A stretch of DNA of 64,000 nucleotides from Vulcanimicrobiota bacterium (GCA_963820825.1 CAWGBN010000005.1:171566-235565); one strand, 5' to 3'; counted from the stretch's first letter, positions 10,306 to 22,803 are shown. The notes: a model not told the origin generated them from the letters alone. Made by a program: numbers and translations.

Positions 10306-11637
10306 TCAATCGTCGTCGGGGGGCTTCCCGTCCTGGGGCTCGTGCAGAAAGTACTGCGCCGAGTACTTCGCCGGAAATTTCGTGAACGCGCGCGGCGCGC
10401 CTCCAAAGTCGAAGCAATCGGAGAGATCGTCGGAGCGCCCATCGGTGGTCTTCATCGAGGGCAGAGCCAACGTCTCTTCCGTAAACTTCAAGATGCTGCC
10501 GAACTCGTGGGGCGCGTGCGAGATGTAGTGCGCCTTGGCGTAGGGCGAGATCACCAGCAGCGGAACTCGGAAGCCGAGCTCGTACGAGTTCACCATCGGC
10601 GGCGCGACGTGATCGTACCATCCGCCCCAATCGTCCCATAGCACGAAGATCGCGGTCGACTTCCAATACGCGCTCTCACCGATCGCGTTGACGATCGATG
10701 CCACCCACGACGGACCGCTTCCGTTATTCGAACCGGCGTGATCCGACTCGTGCAGCGTCGGGGTCACCCAGGTGATGCTCGCCAGTTCCCCGTTCGCGAT
10801 GTCTTTTAGAACGCGCGACGACGGGGCCTCGACGTTCTCGAAGGAACGACTGTACCGTATCTCGCGCAGCGCATCGGGCGCGTTCCAGATTCCGGCGCCC
10901 TTCGCCGCTTCATAGTATCGCCAGCTGACTCCGGCGTGGTTCGCCTCGCCCATCAGCGAGATCCGGTCGAAGCACGGATAGACCCGCCAGCGTTGCTCCC
11001 CGTCCGTCGTGATCACCGGAACGTGCGATCCCGCGGGCGAGTCGCAGCCGCCGGTGCCCTTTCCGTCCGGCTTCGACGCATTCTCAGCCGCGCGCAGCGT
11101 CGAATCTTTGCTGATCGTCGACGTCCCGCTGATCAAGTATTGATGGGCGGGAAAGCTCGGTCCCTGATTCGTCTGAAAGAGATGATCGGCAAGCGTGTAC
11201 TCGCGGGCCATCTCCCAGTACGGTTCCACGTCCCCGTGCGGAACGTATCCATATGCGGTCGGATTGCACTGCTGATGGTGCGAGCACCACGTCTTGGCCA
11301 GGTTGAATCCGTTGACGCCCCCCTGGGCGTACTCCGTCAGGAACGTCGAGTGCCCGTGCGCGACCGCGACGTACGCGTCAAGGTGAATCGGCCGCAGCGT
11401 TACCGTATGGCCCTCCGACGTCTTTCCCGTGCGAACGGTATCGGCACCCGGAAAACCGTTGAAGAGATTGTCGACCGTCCGGTTCTCCTGAACGATGATG
11501 ACCACGTGGCGGATCGGATTGGCCTTGAACGGTCCCGCCCCCGAGCGTGCTGCAGCCTGCATCGTCGGCGCCGGCAGTGAGGATCCGGTGCATGCGGTGA
11601 GCGACAACATGAACAGCAACGACGTGCTACGGCGCAT
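10306..11637 (-). CDS. Phosphoesterase (phospholipase C/acid phosphatase family) lipoprotein
   Basis: HVVIIVQENRTVDNLF, GPSFPAHQY, WDDWGGWYDHV, GFRVPLLVISPY. Confidence 0.9.
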   Translation of the reverse strand: MRRSTSLLFMLSLTACTGSSLPAPTMQAAARSGAGPFKANPIRHVVIIVQENRTVDNLFNGFPGADTVRTGKTSEGHTVTLRPIHLDAYVAVAHGHSTFLTEYAQGGVNGFNLAKTWCSHHQQCNPTAYGYVPHGDVEPYWEMAREYTLADHLFQTNQGPSFPAHQYLISGTSTISKDSTLRAAENASKPDGKGTGGCDSPAGSHVPVITTDGEQRWRVYPCFDRISLMGEANHAGVSWRYYEAAKGAGIWNAPDALREIRYSRSFENVEAPSSRVLKDIANGELASITWVTPTLHESDHAGSNNGSGPSWVASIVNAIGESAYWKSTAIFVLWDDWGGWYDHVAPPMVNSYELGFRVPLLVISPYAKAHYISHAPHEFGSILKFTEETLALPSMKTTDGRSDDLSDCFDFGGAPRAFTKFPAKYSAQYFLHEPQDGKPPDDD

Positions 11638-11642
11638 GGTCG

Positions 11643-13034
11643 CTACTCCGCGTCGACCGGATCGTTGGAGGGCGGCTCGCGCAGGAAATACGACCGCGAA
11701 TACTTCGACGGGATTGCCGAGAACTTCCGCGGGCGTTGGGTGAAGTCGAAGGCATCTTGGAGACCCGAAGCGCGGGCGTCGGTATAGCCCTTTTCAATCG
11801 GCCCGATGCTTCCCGCGGGTATTTCGTTCGCCTCTTCGATAAATCGCAGAATGCTGCCGTATTCGTACCGTACGTCCGAGACGTGCCCGGTCTTTGCATA
11901 CGGCGAGACGATCAGACAGGGCACGCGGATACCCAGACCGCGGTAGTCGAGTTGCGGCGGCTTGGCGTTGTCGTAGAAACCGCCCCAATCGTCCCAGAGA
12001 ATGACGATTGCGCTCGTGCTCCAGTACGAGCTCTGACCGACCGCGTTGACGATCGAGGCGACCCACGAGGGTCCCTGATCGCTGCGGTGGGCGGGATGAT
12101 CGGAGTCCGCGTAGCTCGGCGTGACCCAACTCACCGACGCGAGCCTGCCGCTCGTGATGTCGGTGAGCACTCTGGTCTGCGGGGCGATGATGTTCCCGGG
12201 CCAATCCGGACCGTAGCGCACGTACTTGATCGCTTCAAACGGCTCCCAGAACCCGCCGTCCAAAACGCGCGTCGCGTAGATCTTCCACGATGCGCCCGCA
12301 CGATCGAGCACCTCGGCGATCGTATTGAACTGATCGAAGCACGGAAACGGCCCCGTATAATGAACCTTTCGATCTTCGGTGAGATACGCGCTCTTCGTTC
12401 CCGGCGGTGAATCGCAATCGTCGGGTGCCGCGTTTGGAAAGTTTACCTCGGCCTCCGACGGCAAGACGAGATCGTCGGTTCCTGCGATGAGCGTCAGGTG
12501 AGCGGTAAAGCTTCCGCCGAACTCGGTGGGAAACATCTTATCGGCGAGCACGTATTGATTCGCCATCGTCCAATACGGAGCGATCTCCGAGCGCTCGAGA
12601 TAGGCGTAGGCTTCGTCCTTGCCCTTCTTTCCGTACTCGGAGAAGCCGTCCATCTTGCCATTATCCCAATCGTGCATCGACGAGCTCCAATTGTGCGCGA
12701 GGTCGGGATTATTCTTGAACGTCACCTGGTGCAGCGGCACGTCGGTCTCGCCGTTGGGACAATGCATGCCGCTTCGCGTGTGCGCCGGCGCGGCGCTTTT
12801 GGCGCAGCCGGTCATCGGTGCGTCGGCGCCGGGGTACCCGGCAAAGAGATTCTCGAAGCTGCGGTTCTCTTGAATGATGACGATGACGTGCTTGATGTAA
12901 TGGTGCAGCAGCACGTCGCTCGGGGCGCGGCGCGCGGGCGCTGCACCGCTCGGCGAGAGCGTTGCGTACGACGAACAGCCCACAGCGAAGCTGAGACCGG
13001 CGAGAACGGGCACGCGCAGCAGCTTGCAAACCAC
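11643..13034 (-). CDS. Phosphoesterase family lipoprotein
   Basis: QENRSFENLF, WDDWGGFYD, GIRVPCLIVSPY; lipobox AVGC. Confidence 0.9.
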   Translation of the reverse strand: MVCKLLRVPVLAGLSFAVGCSSYATLSPSGAAPARRAPSDVLLHHYIKHVIVIIQENRSFENLFAGYPGADAPMTGCAKSAAPAHTRSGMHCPNGETDVPLHQVTFKNNPDLAHNWSSSMHDWDNGKMDGFSEYGKKGKDEAYAYLERSEIAPYWTMANQYVLADKMFPTEFGGSFTAHLTLIAGTDDLVLPSEAEVNFPNAAPDDCDSPPGTKSAYLTEDRKVHYTGPFPCFDQFNTIAEVLDRAGASWKIYATRVLDGGFWEPFEAIKYVRYGPDWPGNIIAPQTRVLTDITSGRLASVSWVTPSYADSDHPAHRSDQGPSWVASIVNAVGQSSYWSTSAIVILWDDWGGFYDNAKPPQLDYRGLGIRVPCLIVSPYAKTGHVSDVRYEYGSILRFIEEANEIPAGSIGPIEKGYTDARASGLQDAFDFTQRPRKFSAIPSKYSRSYFLREPPSNDPVDAE

Positions 13035-13136
13035 CGTTTTCTCCTACGACGTCGAGCCTTCCAACGCCGGAGAGCCGACTCCTACGGAGCGCCCTTGCCC
13101 TACAGGGGAAGCGGCCACCGAATTGAACCCTTCTGC

Positions 13137-14207
13137 ATGAAGACGCTCGCTATCTCGGTCTCGTTCGCCGCCGCAGCCGTCGCTTTCGCCGCGTGCGGCG
13201 GCACGTCGCAACAAGGCTCCGCGTTCGCGCCGCAGTCGTCGTCGGCGACCCGGCATGCAATGGTGCCGGCGCCCGCGCCCCGGTCGATCCCCGCGGCTCG
13301 TCCGAATCACCGCAAATCCTGGATCTCGCCCGATGCGCAACGCGCACCGCGACTGCTCTTCATCTCCGATTACGGCGCCGACGACGTGGACATTTTCACG
13401 ATGCCGGATATGGCACTCAAAGGACAGCTCACCGGCCTCAGCTTCCCCGAAGGCGAATGCTCCGATGCCGGCGGTAACGTTTGGGTCGCAAACACCGGGG
13501 CCTCCGAGATGCAGCTCTATTCGCGAACCGGGACGCTGCTCAAGACGTTGAGCGTTGCGGACGAGTATCCGGCGGGCTGCTCCGTCAACAAATCCACCAA
13601 CGACCTCGCCGTTACCAACATCGAGAATACGAGCGGCGGCCCCGGGAACGTAACGGTCTTTGCCAACGCCTCGGGCAGCGGCACGCCATATGTCAATCCC
13701 AGCATCTATCTCTACTTCTTCGCCGGGTACGATAACGCGGGCAATCTCTTCTTCGACGGAATGGACGCGAGCCGCGTCACGAGTTACTTCGCCGAACTCC
13801 CCGCCGGTGGCAGCTCGACGCAGCTCGTAACGCTGAGCGGAGCGACCCTGCACGTTGCCGGGTTGATTCAATGGTACCGTCGCGGCGAATATCTCGCTCT
13901 GGGCGATCAGGCCTGCGGCGGCAGGCCGGCCTCGTGCATCTACTGGCTCTCCGTCTCCGGCACCACCGCAACCGTCACCGGAACGACGAATCTCTCCAAC
14001 TACGAAGGCGGCGCGGTCTGCGATTTAGCCGGCGGCGTCATCGCGGCAAACGGGGAGCGCTACATCGCCGGGCCCGATTACGAATCGTGCGGGTATACCG
14101 CGACCACCGCGAACCGTTGGCCCTTCGACGGGGGCGGTACGCCCACGAACTATGCCACCAACGCCGGCTTCGTCGAACCGCTTGGCGCTGCCGTGAGCAC
14201 CAAGTAA
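13137..14207 (+). CDS. Beta-propeller-like lipoprotein (paralog family)
   Basis: MKTLAISV...FAAC; SWISPD, LLFISD, GECSD..GNVWV, GYDNAGNLFFDG. Confidence 0.8.
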   Translation: MKTLAISVSFAAAAVAFAACGGTSQQGSAFAPQSSSATRHAMVPAPAPRSIPAARPNHRKSWISPDAQRAPRLLFISDYGADDVDIFTMPDMALKGQLTGLSFPEGECSDAGGNVWVANTGASEMQLYSRTGTLLKTLSVADEYPAGCSVNKSTNDLAVTNIENTSGGPGNVTVFANASGSGTPYVNPSIYLYFFAGYDNAGNLFFDGMDASRVTSYFAELPAGGSSTQLVTLSGATLHVAGLIQWYRRGEYLALGDQACGGRPASCIYWLSVSGTTATVTGTTNLSNYEGGAVCDLAGGVIAANGERYIAGPDYESCGYTATTANRWPFDGGGTPTNYATNAGFVEPLGAAVSTK

Positions 14208-14274
14208 AGGCGGCCGCTCGGTCGCCGGCGATTACGAAGGGCAAAGTACTCCTCGCGCCGCAAATCTTGCAACG

Positions 14275-15678
14275 ATGATCCAACTCCGTGCAAAGAGACT
14301 GACGGCGGCGATTTCCCTTGGCGCAAGCCTCGCGATGAGCGCGTGTTCGCCCTTCGGTACCGCCTCCAAGGGGGCGCAGAGCATTCCGAACGTCTCGGAT
14401 GCCTCGTTTCAATCGGTCTTATCGCGCGTGCAATCCGATAAGAGCCGGATCGAGCACGTCGTCGTCATCGTCCAGGAGAATCGGTCGGTAGACAATCTCT
14501 TCAACGGACTTCCCGGCGCCGATACGGTTACGTCCGGTAAGAACAAGTACGGCCAAACCGTTGCGCTGCGTTCGACTCCGATAACCGCGCCGTACGATCT
14601 CTCGCATAAGCACTCGGCCTGGGTACAAGACGACGACAACGGCCGCATGGACGGCTTTAACACGGAGACCGAAAACTGTTACTCCAAGAACAGCTACCGG
14701 TGCCCGCAGGCCGACGTCGCTTCATACGCTTACGTGCCGCGCAACCAGGTACAGCCCTACTTCGATCTCGCCGAGCAGTACACGTTTGCCGACCGGATGT
14801 TCCAGACGAATCAGGGACCAAGCTTTCCTGCGCATCAATACATCGTCAGCGGCACCTCGGTCATTAGCGATCATTCCCCGCTCAAAGCAGCCGAGAATCC
14901 CTCCGATCCTCAGGGCCGTAAACGCCAGGGGGGCTGCGACTCACTTCACGACACGACCGTCGAAACGATCGATCCGAGAGGGAATGAAGGAAAGGCCGTG
15001 TTCCCCTGCTTCAACCGCAACTCGATCTTCCGGCTGATGAACCTCAAGTACGTGAGTTGGCACTACTATCAAGAGTTCCACGGTGCCGGCGAGTGGCACG
15101 CCGTCGACGCGCTCAAACCGATTAGGGAGGGTCCGAGCTACGCCAACGTCGTCTGGCCGTCATCGAAGGTTCTGAAGGACGTCCAGGCGGGCCAGCTCTC
15201 CGATGTCACGTTCATCACGCCGAGCTCTGCGAACTCGGACCACCCGGCTAAGAATGACGGCACCGGCCCCTCCTGGGTAGCTTCAATCGTCAACGCGATT
15301 GGGAATAGTCAATACTGGAACAGCACGGCCATATTCGTCGTGTGGGACGACTGGGGCGGATTCTACGATCACGTCAAGCCGACCGTCTACAACTCCTATG
15401 AAGACGGCTTTCGCGTGCCGCTGATCGTGGTTTCACCCTATGCCAAGCAGGGCCATGTCTCGCACGTTCGCTATGAGTTCGGCAGCATACTGAAATTTAT
15501 CGAGAAGACCTTCGATCTCGGCTCGCTTGGAACGACCGACGTTCGCGCGCACGATTTACGGGATTGCTTTGACTTCCACCAGGCCCCGCGGCCGTTCACG
15601 GAGATACGCGCCAAGTACTCAGCCGCGTACTTCGAGCGCCAGCCGATCGACTACGATACTCTCGACGACGACCAGTAA
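14275..15678 (+). CDS. Phosphoesterase family lipoprotein
   Basis: QENRSVDNLF, GPSFPAHQY, WDDWGGFYDHV. Confidence 0.9.
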   Translation: MIQLRAKRLTAAISLGASLAMSACSPFGTASKGAQSIPNVSDASFQSVLSRVQSDKSRIEHVVVIVQENRSVDNLFNGLPGADTVTSGKNKYGQTVALRSTPITAPYDLSHKHSAWVQDDDNGRMDGFNTETENCYSKNSYRCPQADVASYAYVPRNQVQPYFDLAEQYTFADRMFQTNQGPSFPAHQYIVSGTSVISDHSPLKAAENPSDPQGRKRQGGCDSLHDTTVETIDPRGNEGKAVFPCFNRNSIFRLMNLKYVSWHYYQEFHGAGEWHAVDALKPIREGPSYANVVWPSSKVLKDVQAGQLSDVTFITPSSANSDHPAKNDGTGPSWVASIVNAIGNSQYWNSTAIFVVWDDWGGFYDHVKPTVYNSYEDGFRVPLIVVSPYAKQGHVSHVRYEFGSILKFIEKTFDLGSLGTTDVRAHDLRDCFDFHQAPRPFTEIRAKYSAAYFERQPIDYDTLDDDQ

Positions 15679-15687
15679 CGTTATAGT

Positions 15688-15742
15688 GTCATCATCCTGA
15701 GCGAAGCATCGCGAAGCGATGCGTAGTCGAAGGGCGAAGGAC
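15688..15742. repeat. REP-like palindromic repeat between convergent genes
   Basis: TCATCCTGAGCGAA-[GCATCGC GAA GCGATGC]-GTAGTCGAAGGGCG. Related copies at 33283 and 33347. Confidence 0.7.
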
Positions 15743-15754
15743 GAACGGCGAACT

Positions 15755-17166
15755 TTACCCGTAGTCGGGCATCCCTTCGCGCTCGAAGAGCGCTCTGAGC
15801 GTATCTTGCTGTTCCTGCTCGCAGGCTTTGAGCACCGGCGGGAGCGAAGCCGCCTTGAACTGCAGCGGCGCCTGCGTGAAGTCGAAGGCGTCGTCCATCG
15901 AGTTGGATGTCGCGTCGGTCGAACCGAGCCCGAATCGATCCTCGACGAACTTTAAGACGCTGCCGAACTCGTACTGCGTATGCGAGACGTACCCCGGCCG
16001 CGCGAACGGCGAGACGACGATCATCGGCACGCGAAAACCGAGGCTGGTGTAGTTGACTTCCGGCTGCGCAACGCTGTCGTACCATCCGCCCCAGTCGTCC
16101 CAGAGTATGACGATCGCGGTATCCTGCCAATACTTGCTCGTGCCGATCGCGTTGACCACCTTGGTGACCCACCGAGGGCCGCCGTTGCAACCGCTGGCCG
16201 GATGATCCGAGTCGGCGATCGTGGGCATCACCCACGAGACCGAAGAGAGCGCGCCGTTCTTGAGATCGGTGAAGAAATTTCAGGTTCGGCCGGCTGATGT
16301 GCTTCTTCCAGTCGGGGCCGTCCCGCACTTTTCTGATCGCATCGAAGCCGTTCCAAACGCCACCCGACAAATCGCCCTGCGATCCGAAGATCGGCGCGAC
16401 GTACTTCCACGAAACGCTCTTTGCATCGAGGAGGTCGGCCATCGTGGGATACTCGGTAAAGCATGGAAAAGGCAAATGCGTGCTGGGTCCTGGGCGAATT
16501 TCGCGTCCGTCGACCAGCAAAACCGGGGTCCGCGTTCCCCCGTACGCGTCGCAGCCCCAAATGGAATCGTCCGGCTCGTCGGTCAACGATCGTTTTGAGT
16601 CGAGCCGGACCGTGCCCGAGATGATGATCTGATGCGCGATGAAGCTGGCGGCGGTGTCGGTGAAGAAGATGTGGTCGGCCAGGGCGTAACGGCGCGCTAA
16701 ATCCCAGTACGGTTTCGTCGCGGAGCGTTCGACGTAACGATACGGATAGACTTTGGCGTACTTTTGATTGCCGCTCACGCCGAGCCGGTCTAAATCGAAG
16801 CCGTCCATGCGGCAGATCCCCGTCGATAGATCGCGATTGCATTCCGCCACGAAGTCGTGGTGCTCGTGGCCGATGTCCTTACCGAGCGGCGGACCGGAGC
16901 TCTCCAGTTTCACCGGCTTGAGCGTAATCGGCTCGCCTTTGCACCACGGCGCCCACTTCCGTACGGCGCACGGGCCCAAAGTCGCGGTAACGGCTCCCGG
17001 AAAACCCATGAAGAGCGTGTTGAAGCTTCGGTTCTCTTGAAGCACGACGACCACGTGCTTGATCTCCGTCGCGCTCGCCGGGTTGGCGCTCTGCAAAATC
17101 GTGTTCGTGGAGCACGCGGCGAGAAGGGCGATAACAACAAAAGACCAAGGCGATGATACACCGCAT
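15755..17166 (-). CDS. Phosphoesterase family lipoprotein (frameshifted)
   Basis: QENRSFNTLF in ORF 15681-17192; SDHP and WDDWGGWYD in ORF 15755-16231. Confidence 0.85.
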
Positions 17167-17220
17167 GTCGACCTCCTGCGAGCTCGACGCACCCGGTTCG
17201 CCGATCCGCCGTTTGCGCCT

Positions 17221-18018
17221 CTACCCGAACCGGCCCGTTATATAATCTTCCGTTCGGCTATCGCTCGGCTTCGTAAAAAGTTTAGCGGTGTCATCAACTT
17301 CGATCAATTTGCCTATACCGTCTTCGTCGGCCAGCATGAACGCGGTGCAATCGGAGACGCGCGCGGCCTGCTGCATGTTGTGCGTCACGGCAACGATCGT
17401 GAACTCCTCGGCGAGCGACGCCATCAGCTCTTCGATGACCGCCGTCGCAATCGGGTCGAGCGAGGCCGTCGGTTCGTCCATCAGCAGGACTTCGGGCTCC
17501 GCCGCAACTGCGCGGGCGATGCAGAGTCGCTGCTGCTGTCCGCCCGAGAGACGCAGCGGGCTGCTTCGCAGCTTGTCCTTGACCTCGTCCCACAGCGCCG
17601 CCGATTGCAGCGCCTTCTCCGCGACGCTCCAGCTTCTGCGCGCCGGCTCGAGCCCGCTTCGGCGCGCACGCCAGCGTGTTGTCGAGAATCGAGAGCGTCG
17701 GGAACGGATTCGGACGCTGAAAGACCATGCCGATGCGCCGGCGGATCGACATCGGATCGACGTCGCCGGCGTAAATGTCCTGACCGTCGAGCAGCACGCG
17801 GCCCTTGCACGCGCGCGTCGAAGCCGACTTCGTGAATCCGGTTGAGGCAGCGCAGCATCGTCGTCTTGCCGCAACCCGACGGACCGATCAGCGCCGTCAC
17901 CGCCTTGCGCGCGAAATCCGATCGAAACGTCTGCCGACGGCCTTCCGCTCGCCGTAGTACGCGCTCAGGTCGTCGGTTGCGAGCACGCTTCGCCGACTGC
18001 CGCCGCGACCGCCGTCAA
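17221..18018 (-). CDS. pstB: Phosphate ABC transporter ATPase (frameshifted)
   Basis: [48 protein letters not shown]. Confidence 0.93.
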
Positions 18019-18897
18019 CTCTCGAGCCCTCGCATCGCGCGGCGCAGCATGAGGCGCGCCCCGAGACTCAAGAACGAGGACCGCGAGCGACCAGCAGGAA
18101 CGCACCGCGCCCACGCCTGCGCTTGCCACTCGGGATACGGCGAGATCGCATAGTTGAAGACTTGCAGCGCGAGCACCGCCATCGGGTGGTTGGGATTCGC
18201 CTCCCAGAACTGCCTGCCGAACGCGGTGAAGAGCAGCGGCGCCGTCTCGCCGGTGACGCGCGCGATCGCCAGCAGCAGCGCGGTGATGATCGCCGGCCGC
18301 GCCGTCGGCAGCACGATGTACACCGTGGCGCGGAAGTTCGACATGCCCAGCGCGAGCGCGCCCTCGCGCACCGTCTGCGGCACCGAGCGAATCGCTTGTT
18401 CCGACGTGCGCACTAGCAGCGGCAGCATCAGCATCATGAAGGCGAACGACGCCGAGATCGCCGAGAAATGCTTGAGCGGCGCGACGAGCACGGCATAGGC
18501 GAACAGAGCCGATCGCGATGCTCGGCACGCCCGAGAGCACGTCGGAGAGAAAACGCAGCGCCTCCGGAATCGGACCGCGCCCGAAGAGCGCCAGATAGAT
18601 CCCGGTCAGCAAACCGAGCGGCACCGCCATCGCCGTTGCCAGACCGATGATGATGAACGTGCCCGAGGATGCCGTTGCCGACGCCGCCGCCGGGAACGCC
18701 GATCGGATGCGGCAGCTGCGTGAGGAAGGCCCAGTTGATCGCGCCGACGCCTTGGACCACCACGTAGCCGAGAATCGACCAGCAGCGCGCCGGCCGCGAT
18801 CGCCGCGCAGAGCAGCGCCGAGCGCCGTGCCGAGCGACCCGAATGCGCGGCGTGCTAGCGCCGAGCTCGCCGGTACCGCAGGCTGGCGCACGCTCAC
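18015..18897 (-). CDS. pstA: Phosphate ABC transporter permease (frameshifted)
   Basis: GVPSIAIG, REGALALG, ARVTGETAPLLFT. Confidence 0.9.
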
Positions 18898-19848
18898 TCG
18901 CTCGAGCCCCGAACGCTCCAGATCATCAGCCGCGCGAGCGCGTTGACGACGATGCTCACGACGAACAGGATGAGTCCCAGCTCGATGAGCGCGCTGATGT
19001 AAATGTTGGTCGTCGCTTCGGTGAACTCGTTGGCGATGACGCTGGCCAGCGTATACGACGGCGCGAAGAGCGACGCCGAGATCTCGCGGCCGGTTTCCGA
19101 TCACCATCGTCACCGCGATCGTCTCACCGAGCGCGCGCCCCAGCGCCAGGACGCACGCGCCGAAGATGCCGACGCGCGCCGCCGGCAGCACGACGCGCGT
19201 GGCCGTCTCCCATCTCGTCGTGCCCAGCGCCATCGATGCTTCGCGCAAGTCGCGTGGAATCGCGGCGATGACGTCGCGCGAGATCGCCGTGACCGTCGGC
19301 ACGATCATCAGCGCGAGGATGATGCCGGCCGTCAGCAGCCCCACGCCGTAGATCGGGCCCGAGAAGAGCGGCGTCCAGCCGAGAACTTTTTGCAAGCACC
19401 GGCCCGATGGTCGTGCGCACGAACGGGCGCGAGCACGAAGAGTCCCCACAGTCCGTAGACGACGCTGGGCACCGCCGCCAGCAGCTCGATCATGAACGAG
19501 AGCGGCGCCGCCAGCCAGCGCGGCGCGAAGTCGGCGAGGAATACCGCCGCCATGATCCCGACGAACGCGGCCAGGACGATCGCGATCAGCGACGTCACGA
19601 CCGTGCCGTAGATCATCGGAAGCGCGCCGAACTTACTGGTGACCGGATCCCACGCGCTCTTCCAGATGAACGAGGGTCCGAAGGCAACGATCGACGGCCA
19701 CGAGCCGAGCACCAGCTCGACGAAGAGCGCCGACGATCAGCAGCGCAAACAGAATGCTCCCGCCGTAGACGACCGCGGCGAAGCCGCGGTCGGCGGGGCT
19801 AACGAATCGCGCGACGCGCCGAAATCGCGGCTCCGTCCCAGCCGTCAT
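18894..19848 (-). CDS. pstC: Phosphate ABC transporter permease (frameshifted)
   Basis: [38 protein letters not shown]. Confidence 0.9.
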
Positions 19849-20897
19849 GCCTGCGCCGAAGCGTACCGCTGCATCTGGCGAAGCGTCGCCGACGGCGGCG
19901 TTCTGCACGTTCACCGGAAGCGGAACGTAGTCGACCGACTTCGCATTCGATTGCCCCTGCGGTCCGACCAGCCACGTCAGCACGTCGTAGAGCATCTTGC
20001 CGCGCGTCTTGTCCGCCGGCTTCTTGTAGACGACGACCCACGAGTAGCCCGAGATCGGATACGAGTTCGCACCCGCTGCGTCGACGATCGAGAAGTTCGT
20101 CGCGCTCACGTTCGGCTTCGTCGCCGCGGCCGCGGCGCACGGTCTCCGGCGAGCAGGCGACCCACTTGCCGGCCCGGTTCTGCAGCGTCGCCGCCGGCAT
20201 CTGGTTCTCAAGCACGTAGGCGAGCTCGACGTAGCCGATCGCGCCCGGCGTGCTGCGGACCTGGCCCGCAACGCCTTCGTTGCCCTTGGCGCCGACGGCG
20301 CTCGGCGCGGGCCACGAGACGCTCTTGCCGGTTCCGACCTTGCTCTTCCACTCGGGCGAGACGTGGCTCAGGAAGTCGGTGAAGATGTAGCTCGTCCCCG
20401 ATCCGTCGGAGCGGTGAACGACGACGATCGGCATGTCGGGAAGCTTGACGCCCGGGTTGAGCTTGGCGATCTGCGGATCGTTCCACTTGGCGATCTTGCC
20501 CAGATAGATGTCGGCGAGCACCTGGCGCGTCAGCCGCATCGTCGCGCTCGACGCCCGGGAAGGTTGTAGGCGATCGCGGCGCCGCCCAGCGCCACCGGGA
20601 TCTGCAGCACCGGCTGCCCGGCGCGTGCGAGCTCCTCGGCGTTCATCGGAACGTCGGTCGCGCCGAAGTCGACGTTCTTAGCGGTGAACTGCTGGATGCC
20701 GCCGCCGCTGCCGATCGACTGGTAGTTGACCGTGACGTCGGGTTGCTTCTGACTGTAAATGTAGAAGGCTTTCGAGAAGAACGGGTAGTCGAAGCTCGAT
20801 CCCGCTCCGGTCAGCTGGGTTGCCGCCACCGCCGGCAGCGGTCAGCGCGGCCACAAGGGCGAGCCGTAGTCAGCCCGCGAACGAAGGATCGTCTCAC
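19845..20897 (-). CDS. pstS: Phosphate-binding protein (frameshifted)
   Basis: [48 protein letters not shown]. Confidence 0.92.
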
Positions 20898-21054
20898 AGA
20901 ACAACTCCTCTGGTCGAAGTGTACGCTCTAGTTTAATCGCAGGCCGATTAACCTGCACGTTAAGCACCTCCGCAGCGGCATCCAGGCCGGCTCCCCGAAG
21001 GCCTCGGAGCCGCGGAGCGCCGAAGCCGCGCCGCTGACGAAGCGGACGCCCAGA

Positions 21055-22800
21055 GTGACGACGCGCCGGCCTTCGCTCTGCCCGAGCTGCGCCATACGGC
21101 CGCTCACGTGCTCGCCTACGCCGTGCAGGACCTCTTTCCCGATGCCAAGCCGACCATCGGCCCGGCGATCGAGAACGGCTTCTACTACGATTTCGACCGC
21201 GCCGACGCCGTTCACGCCCGACGACCTGAGCCGCCTCGAGGCCCGGATGAACGAGATCGTCGCGGCCGACTACCCGATGACCGGCCGCGAGGTCACGCCG
21301 CGGCCGACGCGATCGACGCCTTCGCCGGCAACCCTTATAAGGTCGAGATCGCGCGCGAGATCCCCGAGGGCGAACCGATCACGCTCTACACGATCGGCGA
21401 GTTCACCGATCTCTGCCGCGGCGGCCACGCCGACTCCACCGGCGAGATCGGCGCGTTCAAGCTGACCAGCGTCGCCGGCGCCTACTGGCGCGGCGACGAG
21501 CACAACGCCGATGCTGCAGCGCATCTACGGCACGGCGTGGTACGACGCAAGCCGATCTCGACGCCTATCTGCGCGCGCTCGAAGAAGCGCAGCGCCGCGA
21601 CCATCGCAAGCTGGGCGCCGAGCTCGATCTCTTCTCCATCGAGGAAGACGCCGGCGGCGGATCTCGTCTTCTGGCATCCCAAAGGCGCGATCGTGCGCGG
21701 GATCATCGAGAACTTCATTCGGCAAGGGCTTGCGCGAGCGCGGCTACCAGCCGGTCGTCACGCCGCACGTCGTTCAGCGAACGCCTCTACGAGATCTCCG
21801 GACACCTCGAAAACTTCGCGCGAGAATATGTTCGGACCGATCGAAGTCGAAACGCAGCGCTTCCGGCTCAAGCCGATGAACTGCCCCGGCCACATTCTCA
21901 TCTACAAGAGCCGCCTGCGCAGCTATCGCGATCTGCCGCTGCGCTTCTCCGAGTTCGGCACCGTCTATCGCTTCGAGCGCTCCGGCGTGCTGCACGGGCT
22001 CACGCGCGTGCGCGGCTTCACGCAGGACGACGCGCACATCTTCTGCACGCCCGACCAGCTGCAGGGCGAGTTCGAGCGAACGCTCGACGAGGCGCTGCGT
22101 CTGATGAAAGCCTTCGGCTTTACCGACTTCGCAGTACGTGCTCTCGACGCGCGAGGCGGCGATCGCGCGGCGAGACCGACGCGCGTCGCCGAAGACGCGA
22201 TTCGCAAAGCGCTCGAGCGCTACGAGCTGCCGCTACGACGTCGACGAGGGCGGCGGCGCCTTCTACGGCCCCAAGCTCGACATCAACGTGCGCGACGCCA
22301 TCGGCCGCCCGTGGCAGCTCGGCACGGTGCAGGTCGACTTCGTTCTGCCCGCTCGCTTCGAGCTGAAGTACCGCGGCGCCGACGGCCAGGACCACCGCCC
22401 GGTGATGATCCACCGGGCACTCGCCGGCTCGCTGGAACGTTTCTTCGGCATTCTCATCGAGCACTACGGCGGGCGCGTTTCCCGGCCTGGCTGGCGCCGG
22501 TTCAGGTCGTCGTCACAGCCATTTCTCAGGATCAAGCGGCATATGCTCGAGAGGTAGCTGCGCGCCTCGACGGGGCGGGCTTCCGGGTAGAGGTTGACGA
22601 AACGCAATGAGAAACTCGGCTACAAGATCCGACACTGGAAGACGCAGAAGGTGCCCTACATTCTAGTCGCCGGCAAACAAGAGGTCTGCGGACGGTACGG
22701 TGAACGTCAACGAGCGCGGCATCGAAGCAGAAGCGCACGGTTTTGTTGGACACTTTCGTCGAAGAACTTACAATCGAGCAGTCGAGGCGAAGAAATAGAT
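21055..22800 (+). CDS. thrS: Threonine--tRNA ligase (frameshifted; no N-terminal TGS domain evident)
   Basis: [57 protein letters not shown]. Ends approximate. Confidence 0.93.
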
Positions 22801-22803
22801 ACG

